Shown here in pieces: positions 24,138-37,053 of a stretch of DNA of 64,000 nt (positions within the stretch are counted from its first letter, which is position 1; the number at the start of each line of letters is the position of its first letter). Source of the stretch: Cladosporium halotolerans (taxonomy: Eukaryota). Location of the stretch: positions 1-64,000 of the forward strand of contig NW_027191459.1 in NCBI RefSeq assembly GCF_011745625.1. Direction: 5' to 3'. The notes beneath the pieces were generated by a model that did no database searches, was not told the origin of the DNA, and saw only the letters and a program-made list of their open reading frames with translations. The position numbers and the translations under genes are program-made.

Positions 24138-25667
24138 TCAAGCACCGACAGTGCCAGCATCGCATCCACTGACGCCCTGAGACCAGCCAGTCAGCCTGTT
24201 CGCAATGTCGCTGCAGTAGCAGTGAGTGGCGACACCGAGACCGAGGTTGCCGGAGGAATCGACAGAGCCCGAGTTGTACATGCGAGCGGCCCTGTAGAAG
24301 TTCTGCACACCCTCACCGCCGGCTTTACCAAGCAGCTGCTTGAGACCGTCGCCAGATGCAGTACCTGCGACACCATCCTCGATCATCTGGTGAATCTCGG
24401 TCTTGGGGCAAGGGTTCTGCACGTTCGAGCCGTCATTGCAGGAGCCTTCGCCCTGGTGGGATTGGAACAGGCCAGGGTTGGCGTGCGAGTAGCTGGTTGT
24501 CGGGGCGCGCGAGCAGCCGTTGGACTCCTGCATCATGATCACGAAGATGAAGGCTTTGCCGACGCCGGTGGAGGCTGCGACGTCTTCGATCGACGACTTG
24601 ATGTCCGCGAGCTCTTGGTCGGAGTTGTCGGCTTGGCTGAAGGCGTTGGAGCACGAGGACTTCATGATGCCTTGGTTGATCTCCCAGAGATTGTCGAAAG
24701 AGAGCCACTGGTCTTCGCTGGGCCAGCCGGCTGCAGAGGATCCGTCGCCTTTGTATGTCTTGATGTAGCTTCCGCCTTGGCTTTGGCTCCCCCCGCCGCC
24801 ACCTGAGGTCGGCGCCGGAGCGGAGCTGCCGTAAGACGAAGTCTGTTCGGCGGTAGAAGAGGCAGTGGTCTCGGATGAGGTAGGCGCGGCCGAAGTAGGC
24901 TCAGCAGAAGATGTAGGGCTGTCGGCCGGTGAGGACGGCTGCGCAGTAGTCTCAGTGGTGGGAGCGGAGTATGTCGGCTGTGGGTTAGCAGACGGGGCGG
25001 GCACCGATGGGCCGGCATCAGAGGAAGGCAATCCACCAGAAGAGGTGGTCGTCATCAAGGTAGGAATGGGTGATCCGTAAGTGGGACGACCCTGCCATGG
25101 TCTGTCAGCGGGAGCTTTTGTGGGATTGGCGGCAATGGAAAGCTTGGAATCGCTGGAGTCTGAGCTGACCAATGATTCAGAAGTACTCAATGGAGGAGCA
25201 GGAGGGGATTGAGGGGAGTCTCCGGACGGGGCGTTGGACGACGGCTGGGCAGCAGAACCAGAGCCGCATTGACCGAAATCGGATTGGCATCCAGCACCGC
25301 AGTGGTATTCAGAGTTGCCGCACCAGCCATTGGGACTATTGACTGTCAGCAAAAATAATCGATGCCACTAATGCATTCAATGAATTCCATACCCGCAGCA
25401 GAAACCGGCAGCGCAAGGAGCACCACTCCAGGTTCCGCAAGAGCCATCATAGGAGACCGAGCGACCAGCGATGGAGTTCTCGACATCCGGGTGAGCGAGG
25501 TGTTTATTGGCATGAGCAATGCGATGACCGTGAGAGCGGTCACGTCCAGCGTGAGGAATGGCCGAAGCCAGAGCCACCAGTGCAACGACTGAGAGCTATA
25601 TTCATGTGAGCGCCAGCACATAGAATTGCACGAGGCTCGAGGAGTCTACCTTGATGGAGAAGTGCAT
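24138..25667 (-). CDS. Secreted protein: signal peptide, hevein/CBM18 chitin-binding module, Ser/Thr/Pro linker, lysozyme-like (SLT/GH23-like) domain
   Basis: Signal peptide MHFSIKLSVVALVALASA. CG..C..GFCCGPNGWCGNSEYHCGAGCQSDFGQC is a hevein pattern. The C-terminal domain has IMMQESNG, NPGLFQ and AARMYNSG, the three SLT-type motifs. Introns at 25596-25649 and 25336-25392. Confidence 0.8.
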
Positions 25668-26031
25668 CCTTGCGACGATGGACCTTGGCGAGTTTATCGT
25701 GGAAGGCGTCTGTGGTTTTGTAGTAAGTGTATTGTGAGGAGGTATTCAATGAGCGTGGGCACTCTGTCAAAGAGTGTTTGAAAGTCGGTGGTCAAGGAAT
25801 GTAGTCGAAGGTCGACAGAGAAGGAGGGATAGTGTCGTGTGCACAAGTGGATGAGAGCACAGGCAGACAATAGTAAAAGAACGGCAGGTTAATGACAGGT
25901 CGGGCCAGATGCAACCCACTCACAACAAACGGTGAAAACGGAAGGAGCCACGTCAGGGAAGGAGCGACGGAGGAGGGAGATGGAGTGAAGTGTGAAGGCC
26001 CCTCGTGAGGGATTTTATACATGTCATGCTG

Positions 26032-27881
26032 CTAGTACCAGATGCTCCGCGTCCGGTGATGGGGTATAGACTCAGTACCTACTCCGTCGAATCAGCAAAG
26101 GAAGATGTCAAAAGTGCGGTCTCACGCTTTCAGCCTGCCGTCGCTCGTTTGCAGAGCGCCATGTCTTGGCAGCTGATTGGTCGCCGCAGTGGAGGGCTCC
26201 TAGCGGGAAGCCGCAGGGGCACGACGCCACGCGCGGAACATGCACGAAACGTACCTGATGATTCAAACTCTTTCGCTAGGTCGTACAGTAGGAAGTCCAG
26301 CAGTACCGCGTGCATCTCGGCTTCGGCTCCGGGGTGGTCGGCTCCAATTTGCCGCCGGATCAGCTCGACAGCCCATATACTACAGCCGCGGAGTTGAAGC
26401 TCCCAGCTCTCGCCTGATTTCAGCTCCTCCAGCCTGCGCAAACGACCCTCCACGGGCGGCGCGAACGTGAGAACACCGAGGTTGTACAACATCTGGGGAA
26501 CCCGGTAATCTGGACTCAGAGTGTCACTATAACTTGTCATGCAGCAGTCGGTGGCACAAAGGGATACTTACCAGCGAACATCGTAAGGTGGCCGATGTCG
26601 TAGAACTCGCCGAAGCTTTTGCCGTTAAATGCCGCCCATAAGTCCGCCACGAATATCTGTGCGCGCTTGAGGAAGCGCACCTTGCGACCTTCGAACCGGC
26701 CTTCGTCTCGGAAGCAAGGAAAGTGTTTTGCTAGCAAGTTGACCAGCTTACCAGCTGAGTGGTCGGCTTCATCTATGAGGCGTATGACGGTCATGTCAGG
26801 CGGGTCCTGAGCTTCGGTATGTTTCAAAGCCGGCGGCCGTTCATTGGACTTGTGGTTGACATGCGTCGACTGGTCATCTACCTGGACCGCATGCTCGGCC
26901 GGAGTGTGTACCTGAGATTCTGACGTCGCTGGCGTGAACTCTCCATTCGCAGAGTTTTGGCCCACGGAGACTGAGCCAAAGATGTGCACACCTTCTTTCT
27001 CACCCATGTCTGCATCTTTGACAGATTGTGAAGAAACTAGGCTGTTGGAGTCGTCATTTTCATCTGAAGTCATGCCACCGCCTTCCTCATCGCGAAAAGT
27101 CTGATCGATCAGCTGAGCATTGGTCATCATTGGAACCCATGAAACTTACCTCGTGAAGGACATCTCCTGCCTCTTTCAGCACTGCGACCCTCTGTTCAAG
27201 CAAAGGAATAGACTCGTCCGTCGCGCCGGCAAACACCTTTGCTACTGTAGCCTGCAAATCCGCATTACTCCGCCAAAACCTCGGCGTCGTAATGGGAATG
27301 CCATCGTCAAGGCCCCTCCTCAAGCACGCAACCAGACTATTATATCCAGTCCACAGCTTCCCGCGATACTCTACCTGATACCGCTCCTCCGCCGACTTTT
27401 CGGACCAGAACGAGAAGTTCAGCAAATCCATCGTGAACACAAAGTTCACCAGCCCTACCTCATCCACGTCCACACCTAACTTCGGGTGCAGCTCGTGCTC
27501 GCTCCACGTCTCCGTAGAGTACTTGCGCTCGCACATGGCTTTGTACAAGCTCGCCGCGGCGTCACGCGTACCGTACATCGACAGCGCGACGTCGATGGCG
27601 TTATGCGCGATAAACTCGGCATCTTTGAGCACACCTGCGCGGCCATCAGCAAGGCTGTCTCCGATTTCGGGCAGGGTACTTTGGGACGTCGCGGCGGCGG
27701 CGCTGGTCACAAGGGGGCGTGGCACAGAGCGCGTGTCCGAACAATGTAACGAAGACAAAGGGACTTCCACTGCATGAGCCTTACCTGTATCGCTGGACAC
27801 TGCATCTGGGGCTTTGTTCGAGAAGCCCAGGCTTTCCCTCAGTAGAGCGATTAGTTCGTGGTCGACGTCGGGATCATCCAT
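26032..27881 (-). CDS. QNG1: Queuosine salvage protein (DUF2419; queuosine-5'-phosphate N-glycosylase, QNG1/C9orf64 family)
   Basis: Motifs HELHPK, DLLNFSFWS, FPCFRDE, KRAQIFVADLW, LTMFADYRVPQML, LRGCSIWAVE and terminal IPHHRTRSIWY*. Introns at 27635-27784, 27101-27149, 26510-26571 and 26079-26254. Confidence 0.9.
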
Positions 27882-29541
27882 GATGTTCGTCTTGATATTT
27901 TGCTTCTGATGCGCCCGCTATTGGTGCGCGGGTTTTGCCCTACCGATTCTGTCCTAGCAGCATGCAGGTACTAGAGAGGTGAGGAGGGACTTTTGTGTAA
28001 AGATGGGGGAAGCGAGCGAATGGGCGACGCAAGGAAGTTGATGTTGCAGCTGTGGCGCATGAGAGCTTGCGGTTGCTTGGCGGGGAAGAAAGGGGAACTT
28101 CGCTGGCAGCTGTTTGCGAGTACAGCGTTTACCACCATCATTGAATGGATCAAAAGCCGTGATCGAGCATGCTTCATCTTTTGTTGTTCGAGCATGCCCC
28201 AATTCCTTTGCGTGGATATGCAATTGAACGGGAGCTTTGACTCGTGCCGCTTGCTGCTGGCGAGCGATTTATTACTGGTCGCTTCAACACAGCATCTTTG
28301 CGCGCCGCAGATACGATAATGTTGGGCTGGAAAAGGTGACATCAGCAAATCACTATCTCTTCCGTAGCCATACGCCATCTATTTGGGCAGCAGCCCGAGA
28401 CCTTGGAGCAACGGTAGGTACAGAGGCTTTCTAGACCAAACGCTTATTACAAAGAGCAGGTTACCTTGGTTCTGGGCGGTAAGTTCTCAATTTCCCTCCA
28501 AAGAAGAGCATACGAGCTTATTTTGTGGCTCTCAATGGTGGCAGAAGTGATTCCGATGCGGTTGGCTGACAGCTCATCAGATCGTCCATGTTCACTGCAA
28601 AATAGCAATTCTGGGAATGGTTTCACTACGTATGCTTGCTTTCACCGAAGAACGTAAGACTTGCTCACTGCCGGGCATGGATTCATAATTTCAAAATCTA
28701 TTCCTTAAGAGAATCTCTCGGACTTTCCTCAACCCCGTACAACTTGAGATGTTCAGTACTTCGATGCAGGTAGGGTCGCGTTGTGAGCGAAAGGGGCGCA
28801 GGCTCTATGCCACGTCTATCCCGCCGGTCTTGTATACGGGTAGCGAGTGCTCTCTTACCCTTTGCGTGGTATCGTTTACAGCATTCGAGATATGAAAAGC
28901 GCGTCTTACTCACAGCTGGAAGCTTCTACGGACCTACCTCAGCACCTTCTCTCGGAAGCCCCATCAGGAAGCAGTCACGAACTCCTGGAGAGGAAGAATG
29001 CCCTGGATTATATCGACAGCACACTAAGCTCTCGCAAATCAACCACGTCGCAGCGTCGACTCCCTGGGGCATCAGACGCCTATACTTATCCAGTCACTGC
29101 CGAGACATGCAGCCCGAGCACAAAGGCTTTTATCAGATTCGCCTCTCGACAATGGAAGTCCCGCTGGCCTTGCGCCATACGAGCGCGAAGGAGACGCCAA
29201 CTTCACAGCTACGCCAGCACTTACTATTCACTATCGGCTTCAACATGGCCACCTTAGGCTGCAAGTGCGCCGGCACGCTGGTGGCCGTCCTTCACAGTCC
29301 TCACAGCGGGCTTATGACGCTTATGGTGTCGTCCTGCGCCGTATCAGATCACCTTCCAACGATAGACGTAAAACCACCCTCTGGTCTCCGACGCTGCTTC
29401 TTGAGAGAACTTCCAGCTTGGTCAACGAACGCTTATTGACTTGCAACGAGCAAGACACCGGCCGCAGCATCTTCTTTCTGAGCGACAAGGAAGTAGGACG
29501 AGCAAACTACCAACATTCTCCAACCACCGACAGTTTGAGCC

Positions 29542-31383
29542 ATGTCTTACCCTGACAATACGGAGTTTCTAGACATGGACGAGCTCTTCCAGCTCTCGCC
29601 CGACCCTTTGCAGAATGACACCGCTGGTTCGATAGATCCGGTCGACAACGACAACGACTTTCTCATGCCCTACGTGCCAGATTCACGTTCTCTCGAAGAC
29701 GCTATCGCCAACAGCGGCTTTACCGACGGAACCTTCAACGCCGATGCGTTCTACTCGCAGACCAACTGGGATGCAGTGCCAGACTACCTTGCCCCCGCCT
29801 CATATGCCAACTTCGACTTGGCCAGCGCTCTGAGGCCTCCTGTCCCCAACGATGAGGACGAGTTCTCCATCGACCCGGGCCTTGCGTTCGCGGTTGAGGA
29901 CCAGCACAACAACCTCCCTGATCTTGATTTCAGCGGCCCTGATGCCGATCCCTTCGCCAAACTCGACGCTTTGGGTGCTGCTAATGGTGTTACTGCCAAT
30001 ACCATGAACCAGATCGACCCGTCCTTCTTCCCTGGCCTCGCCCTGACTCCTGGCGTTCAGAACCATCCTTCTGAGGCTGAGGGTACCAATGACCAGAACG
30101 CGCTTGCTGCCCATAATCTCGATCCACGGCTCGGCCTCACATTCAACTGGTCCCCAAACGATTGGAGAGCGACGGCAAGTTACATCGACTGCATTTTGTC
30201 GAAACCTTCGATTGCTAACATTCCCAAGCCCCCTCCAGAGCAGCCAGCAGCTCCTAATGTTCCCCATCAGAATTCTCTACAGTCTGATGTGAATATTGAG
30301 GGCCAGGCACCGGCAGTGAAGAACAAACCCAAGCCTCAGGCATCACATGCGTCCCCGGCGGCATTCACTGTCAATGCAGCTATTTCAACGGACGGGACTG
30401 CACCTTCCGCTTCACAGGTCACGACCCACAGACGTACCAACCGGAGAACCCCAAACAAAACTACCACCCCAACATTGCCCTCTCCAATGAAGACCATCAC
30501 TTCCCGCAAGGGCCAGAAGTCCAGCAGCGATGTCGCCACACCATCTCCTGCTGACGACTTCGCGTCCTCCACGACCACCAGGCGCACCCCTCCCGCCCCA
30601 GCCAAGAAGCGCGTCAACAAGTCCAAGAACCTCCCTCCCAGAACCCAAATCTACACCAAAAAACTCCTGATCCGCGACCTCGCCACCGCCACCCACTACG
30701 CAGTGAAGTACACGCAGCTGACCGTCGCGAACGACGACCGCGACCTCGTCGCCGCCGACCCGAGTTTCTGGATCACGACCCTCGCCAAGGCCTTCGACGC
30801 GCCCTTCAAGGAACTCCCCGAGGATCCCGTCAACCGCACCCCCGCCCGCCTCGCCGAGTGGACCCGCTGGCAGACGGAGCACGAGGATAAGACCTGGGCA
30901 CTGCTCGCGGAGCACGACGACCCGCGCCTGATGGCGCAGTCCTGCGCGCGCATCTTCTTCGAGCAGGTGCTCGAGGCGCACGAGCCTGGCCGCGGGCTGA
31001 AGGAGGTCGCGAAGACGATTGCCAACGGCGGAGCGGACTTGAACATGACGTGCTCGCAGCGTCTCGCGGCTGCCATTGGGGCGCTGGGCAATTTCACGAT
31101 TGCGCGTTATGATCTGCTCAAGTTGGAGCGCTTGGATGCGCTGGCTGCGAGTCCGGACGGTTTTGTGTCGAGGAAGGTCTCCAACATGTGGTTGAATTTC
31201 AAGAGGAAGGACCCAGGGAAGGCCGCTGGAGAGAAGGGCAATAAGCGCGCGGCTCCTGCGGTGGAATCTGACGATGATGAGGATGGCCCGGGTGCTGGTG
31301 GTGACACCGCCACTACCGAGTCTCCTATGAAGAAGGTGAAGACGGAGGGGAATGCTACCCCGAAGAGCCGCAGAAAGAAGTGA
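29542..31383 (+). CDS. Hypothetical 613-aa protein: acidic N-terminus, basic low-complexity middle, uncharacterised C-terminal helical domain
   Basis: Long intronless ORF with coding-like GC3 bias. The C-terminal segment aligns without gaps to the protein at 10216-12004. Confidence 0.8.
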   Translation: MSYPDNTEFLDMDELFQLSPDPLQNDTAGSIDPVDNDNDFLMPYVPDSRSLEDAIANSGFTDGTFNADAFYSQTNWDAVPDYLAPASYANFDLASALRPPVPNDEDEFSIDPGLAFAVEDQHNNLPDLDFSGPDADPFAKLDALGAANGVTANTMNQIDPSFFPGLALTPGVQNHPSEAEGTNDQNALAAHNLDPRLGLTFNWSPNDWRATASYIDCILSKPSIANIPKPPPEQPAAPNVPHQNSLQSDVNIEGQAPAVKNKPKPQASHASPAAFTVNAAISTDGTAPSASQVTTHRRTNRRTPNKTTTPTLPSPMKTITSRKGQKSSSDVATPSPADDFASSTTTRRTPPAPAKKRVNKSKNLPPRTQIYTKKLLIRDLATATHYAVKYTQLTVANDDRDLVAADPSFWITTLAKAFDAPFKELPEDPVNRTPARLAEWTRWQTEHEDKTWALLAEHDDPRLMAQSCARIFFEQVLEAHEPGRGLKEVAKTIANGGADLNMTCSQRLAAAIGALGNFTIARYDLLKLERLDALAASPDGFVSRKVSNMWLNFKRKDPGKAAGEKGNKRAAPAVESDDDEDGPGAGGDTATTESPMKKVKTEGNATPKSRRKK

Positions 31384-33152
31384 GAGGTTGCCACTACTAC
31401 TCACGGTCCAGCGGACGATTTCCTTGTGTTCACAGAGGTGCGAAACGAATCGCCTGCATCAGCGGCGTGCTTGGATTGATTTCTTTTGTCGATTGCATTG
31501 CGAAGGCGCTGGTGCATAGCGTCTAGAGAGGTCTTGAAGCACGAACAGCCCAGCGCCGACCAGGGAGAGGTTGCTTCGCCTTATTGGCGAGGGAATGACT
31601 CGAGAATGCTGTGACACTACCTCAGTTTGATTATTAAAATGCTTTTCCTACATCTATGTTTACCGTTCTCCAGTTCTCCCTTGCTGTGCCAATAATACCT
31701 GACCGTGTTGACGAATCACATTCAAAACAGTAGCACGTTCGCGCTTTTACCGCCGGACAGCAATGACACTCGGGGATGCTCGGGCAACTCAATGCAAACG
31801 ACTGGAAAAAGCATCTCCAAAGCTCCAAAACCTGGGACAGCGCACGACTTCACGGACCCTTTCAACTGTCTTACATTTCTGCCAGCCATATCACCGGAAG
31901 TACCAGAAGCCCTTATCGCTTCCTCTCTGGCTCAGAGCGCGATAATCCTTTGAGCATGGATCAGGCGCCTCCACGGAGATCGACGCATCGAGAAGGAGAC
32001 GAGACTAGGAGTGGTTCCGTAGCTCCGGTGCTGAGGACCTGGCGGACATCGCCAATGCCCATGGAGCCACGACCTAGAGTTTTCTACTCAGACTCAGAAA
32101 CGCCTCGGCGCCGTGGCTGCCTGCGGTCGCATCTGTCAACGGACACCGAGCCGTGCTCCTGGGTGATCCTTCACAGATGCCGAATGCATGAGATCGTGCA
32201 TTCTGTACAACGCCGGGCGTGCAGCAAGATATTCGCCGAGACATTTTCTCAATATCATCTTCTTTTCTTTTCTTTCCAACGCACGCATTGGCTGTCGATA
32301 GTCAGGCCCTAGCCCTGCGAGGTCGAGGCCCGGTCACAGCACTTGCCGGGACTAGTGGGCAATCGTCAGGTGCGAGCGTTGGGTGCTCGCGTGGGACGGG
32401 CCCTAATGGCCAAGGCACAAGCGAATGAGAGGGCATGGGGCCCTCGGAGGCGGACAAGCAAATGCAGGGAGAACCGAACGAGCATGGCACTGAATCCTAC
32501 AAGCCGTGCACAGGCGTTCGTCTCACGTTGCGCCCTGTTCCGCCGTTCGCCTAGGAGATAAGACCATTCGTGACACTCTGCGACCGCGCATACACCGCGC
32601 CGCGAGAGAGCGCCAGCTTGGTGCCGTGGCCGATACTGCTAGGGTTGGCGACTGCGGCGGCGAGGTTGGCGTGGTTGATTGCTGCAGCACATGGGAATAG
32701 CGCGCAGGACCTGCCCACACAGGCAGCGCGCCGCGCAGAACGAGGCGCTGTCAGCCGGCGCCTCGGCAGCTTTCTGTGCGTCCTTATCGCCCGCCAGCTG
32801 CCACACGCCATGCCACGCCACTCTACTTGTACTCCATCCCCGTCCCTGCCTATACGAGCTACATGTTTTCTTATTGAGCCTCCTCTGCGCTGCCCGCCCA
32901 CACCCTGTCCTGCCCCTGCGTGCGATTTTCCTCGAATCTCCCTTATCTTCGCCAATAATTGCGCCGTACCCACCTCTCCCCGGATTGCCGCCATGGAGTC
33001 AGGCCAGCGCTAAAACCACCGCACGCCTCGCCGTCTGAACATCATCCGGGACCCCCATTGCGCTGCCCTGTCCGGCAGACTGCTAGCCGCTGCACATCGT
33101 CCGAACTGGTTGTCCCCTCTGCGCTGCTGGTGCGGCAGCTCCACCCGCACCG

Positions 33153-36100
33153 ATGGCCGTCAGGTTAGACCTCCCCACCAGCACTCTATTTCACGTCCAT
33201 CAGCCCTAGCGGTTGCCGACACACCATTCCTCAATGCCACGATGAGGCGGTCGGTAGTTTCATTTGCGCTCGCTGACACGGCCGGTGACAGAACGATCAA
33301 GGATGCCACCAAGGCGCTGCAAAGCCACTTCTGCGCCGCCAAGCCTCCGCCTTCGTTGCCCACCGAGGCCCGGCGCATGCTGCAGCACTTCACGGATCAA
33401 CACGACGGCCAACTGAGCGACGAGAACTCCTTCCGCGCGAACCAGGATCTCAAGCATTTCTGGGAGCGGTATGTCGGCGACAGTCCGCAGAGGCTGGGCG
33501 CTTTCGCAGGCGTGCTGAAGGAGCTGAGGCCTGCAATCACTGCCGATCCAGAGCTATGGGAATGGTGGCGAAAAGCTATCAGGCCGGTCGTGGCTTCTAC
33601 AGGCTACCGCAAGCAAGCTCTGGACGATGCGCAGGATTTCCTCATCGGGGCAATGGTCCATCGTGATGAGGAAGTAGGCAGCGACGGCCATTCTGATCTA
33701 TCAAATCGGCTTTGCAGTGAGCTTTTCGGCATTTACATCGCACGAACGCGAGAAGTCTCCGACGATGATGCTCTAGTTGCCCCGGAGAACGCGCAGATCG
33801 CTCAGCAGGTGGAAAGTGTTCTGATTGCTTTTGGAAAAAAGAAGACCAAAGACTTCTTCCGCAATATCGACGATCTTGTCCGCACCGCCAGCTGCCGTGT
33901 TCAGGCCCTCAATCTCCTCGGCAATTTCCTCAGGACACAAGCACCACATACTTACACGGCAATTGATACGCCACTCGTGGAAGATATCTTGAAATGCCTG
34001 ATGAACGACACGTCGACAACTGTTTTATCAGTCGCGTTGACTTGCTTGGTGATGCTATTACCTCACATCCCTGGGCCAGTCGCTGTGCATTTACCACGAC
34101 TCTGCCTCATCTACAGCAGACTTTTGTGCTGGGAGAGATTTAGTCCACTGAGTACAGAAGCACAGCGCGATCTTGTGACAGACGATCGCATTGATCCGGA
34201 CTCTGACGATGAACGAAATATCGGCGACGTCGGAATCGACCCTTCATGGGAAGTTCTCAGACCCGACGCGGGTGTTGTGGAAACCACGGTTCCTGAACTG
34301 CTGAGCTACTTCACCTACCTCTACGGACTATATCCTTTGAACTTCATGAGCTACGTCCGCAAGCCTCGCAAATACCTGAAGAATCTCGATTTCCCTGGTT
34401 CAGACGACTTCGATCTCGACCAAGCAGTGATCCGCAGCCGGACAGATCAGTACAGAGAAGTCCACCTAATGCACTCCAACTTTTATAATCTCACGCCGGA
34501 AGAGGAGCTCTCAGATTCAAAGTGGAGCAAAATGGAGCCTGCAGATGTCGTCGCTGATTGCAATGCACTGTACAGTAACAAAAGGATTCTACTCGCCAGC
34601 CCTGGTCCGCCGCCGACTGCAAAACTACCAGATTTACCGCCTTTCCCTCCGCTCAGTGTCCAAACCGGACCATCGCACCCATCAGGCAGCACACAAATTT
34701 CCCCAGTCGCTAGCCAGACCAGCCTGCGTTCTGGTGTGAGCTGGCGTGAAGCTAACATGGGTTCCCTTTCGGCACATAACCCGGAAGCGGACAGCCCAAC
34801 AATGGGACCGCAAGGGTCAGACGATGAGGGAGCAGGTGACCAGCTGCGCATCCCGAGTAGGTCTGGCCCCGCCAGCAAGCGGACATCTTTGAACGTCGAC
34901 GATCCCACTGATGCTGGTAATTCATCATCTATTCGTACGAAAGACAAGGGCGAGGTCCCTCAAACAAACCTGGCATATTTGCAGCGCGAGATCACATTGC
35001 TGCGCAACGATCTCAATTTCGAACGATGGCACAAAGCCCAGTATTCGCAGCATATCGGCCAGCTGTCTCGCAAGAACGTCAAAGATGCCACAGCCGAAGC
35101 CGAGACTCTCAATCTCATCAACGCGAATCGTGCCCTCAAGAAGCAGCTTGAGCACATCCGCAGCGCACGCGAGGCCACTCTCAAGGATTCTGCTTTGACG
35201 AGAAAGCAAGCCAACAACATGGAGTCGCACATGCTGGACCGTCTTCGCAGCATGAAGAAGGAGCAGGAGACTTGGATGACGGAAGCTGCTGAGCTCAAAC
35301 GACTCCGGGCAGAGACTAAGCAATTCCGTGAGCTCCTTGTGGCCTGCGAAGCTCGAGAGCTTAACAAATCCCATGAGCTGGAGCTCCTGCAAAGAGACAT
35401 GGCCCAGCTGCAGAACGTGCAAGAGCAGCTCCGAGAAGCCGGCAGACGCATGCGCGAGTACGAGTACCGCGAGTTCGAGTTCGAGCGCGCAAAACGAGAA
35501 GCAGAGATCCTGCAGAACGAAAAAGAAACGCTCCAGATGAAGCTCACGCGCAGACAGCAAGACTCCGAGCGCCTGAAGCACGCATACACAAACCGCATCG
35601 CCGAGCTCGAATCCCAAATCGACTCTGTGCCTGACTTTTCCCCAACCCGCGCCGTCTCGCAAACCTCCCAAGACACGCAAATGGCCATCCAGCGCGCCGT
35701 TGCCGACAGCCAGGCGAAGCTCGCACAGCTCAAGAAAGCCCACTCCCGCCTCCTGGAGAAATACACCGACCTCGAACTCGAGTACCAGTCCGTCAAGGCC
35801 CAGCTCGACGCCCTGCACGGCGGCTCCCCCCACAACGGCGAATCCCACACTTTCTACCACGACGCCGACCTCTCCTTCCCGGACCGCCCGGGCTCCGGCG
35901 GCGCCCTGACCGCCGCCGACAGCGGCTACGACACTTTCAGCGAGTACCAGCACCCGGCCTCGGACCCCACGAGCCGCCGCTTCCAGGCCCCGCCCATCGT
36001 CGCGTCGCGCGGGCCAAACATTGGCAGCTTGCCCTCGCCGCAGGGAGGCGTGCCGGCGTGGAAGGCGCCTGTGAGCAGAGGGGATAGCATGCGCAGCGGC

Positions 36101-36462
36101 AGCACGGCGGCCCCGGGTTCAGGCCCGGTCGTGACGTACAACCAGACGACGCCGCTGGGCGACGACGAGCAGTCGCAGCGCGCGAAGAGCGTTTCGAAGA
36201 GCGGGTTTAGTGACGCCAGCAGTGATATGTCGGGCGGGAAGAGGAAGGACAAGATCACGCCGGATAGCGAGGTGAGGTATTACGGGAGGGGTGAGTAATC
36301 AAACTTCTGTATCAGCGGAAACTGCAAGTACTGACGAGTGATCGAACAGGCGGCGCGCAAAACATCAAGCTGAAGAACAAGGAGAAGAAGCCGAGCGACG
36401 ACGGGTCGTCGGACAAGGCGAAAGGGAAGGGCGGGTTTAGGGGTTTCAAGGGGTTCATGTGA
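33153..36462 (+). CDS. TSC1: Hamartin (TSC1 homologue)
   Basis: Motifs LKCLMNDTSTTVLSVALTCLVMLLPHIP, YFTYLYGLYPLNFMSYVRKP and LRNDLNFERWHKAQYSQHIGQL, a long C-terminal coiled coil, and YGRGGAQNI. Introns at 33164-33291 and 36291-36349. Confidence 0.9.
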
Positions 36463-37053
36463 TGTTTTGGCCCGATCTGACCTCTCACGCCGTAATCCAA
36501 AAGTACTTTAGTAATTTTATCTCCCAATGGCTGAAGAAGTCTGGATGCCATGTGGGTCGATCTTTCATGCCGCCCCTTTCGACGAAGTCGATTCACATTT
36601 CCGTTGCGTGACGAAGTTGTCTCACACGATACGTCTTGTCCCGGAGGGTCTGCTGTCATGCGGATGCAAACGGAACTGACCCAGCAAAGAGGCGGCGACT
36701 AACGATCATACTGAGAAACCAAGAGCCGCAAAGTAGAGGGTAATAGAAGGTTGTTTTACAAATGTAGTAAGGTATCGTACATCGAACGTTGCGACGGCTC
36801 TTCGCGCGTTCGCATGCTTCCCGCTCCAAAAACGCCATCCTCCGTCCATTCGCTATGCTGTACAAGATGGCGAAAAAATAGAAAGTACACCCATTTTCCG
36901 TCCCGAAAATCAAACGCCCGCTCCTCACTGTACTGAATCCCTTTTTAAGGGATGGATCTATCCCGTTTTCCTCCCCTTTCTCGTTATCCTTACTCCTATC
37001 TTCCGCGCCGTCTATGAATATTTTCTTGTGCATGGTGTCGACGATCAGACCCT

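Noticed and set aside
31400..33150. Several 60-180 aa ORFs upstream of TSC1, and likewise at 17400-19500
   Set aside because: No recognisable motifs, consistent splice structure or coding bias. Treated as intergenic or promoter DNA.
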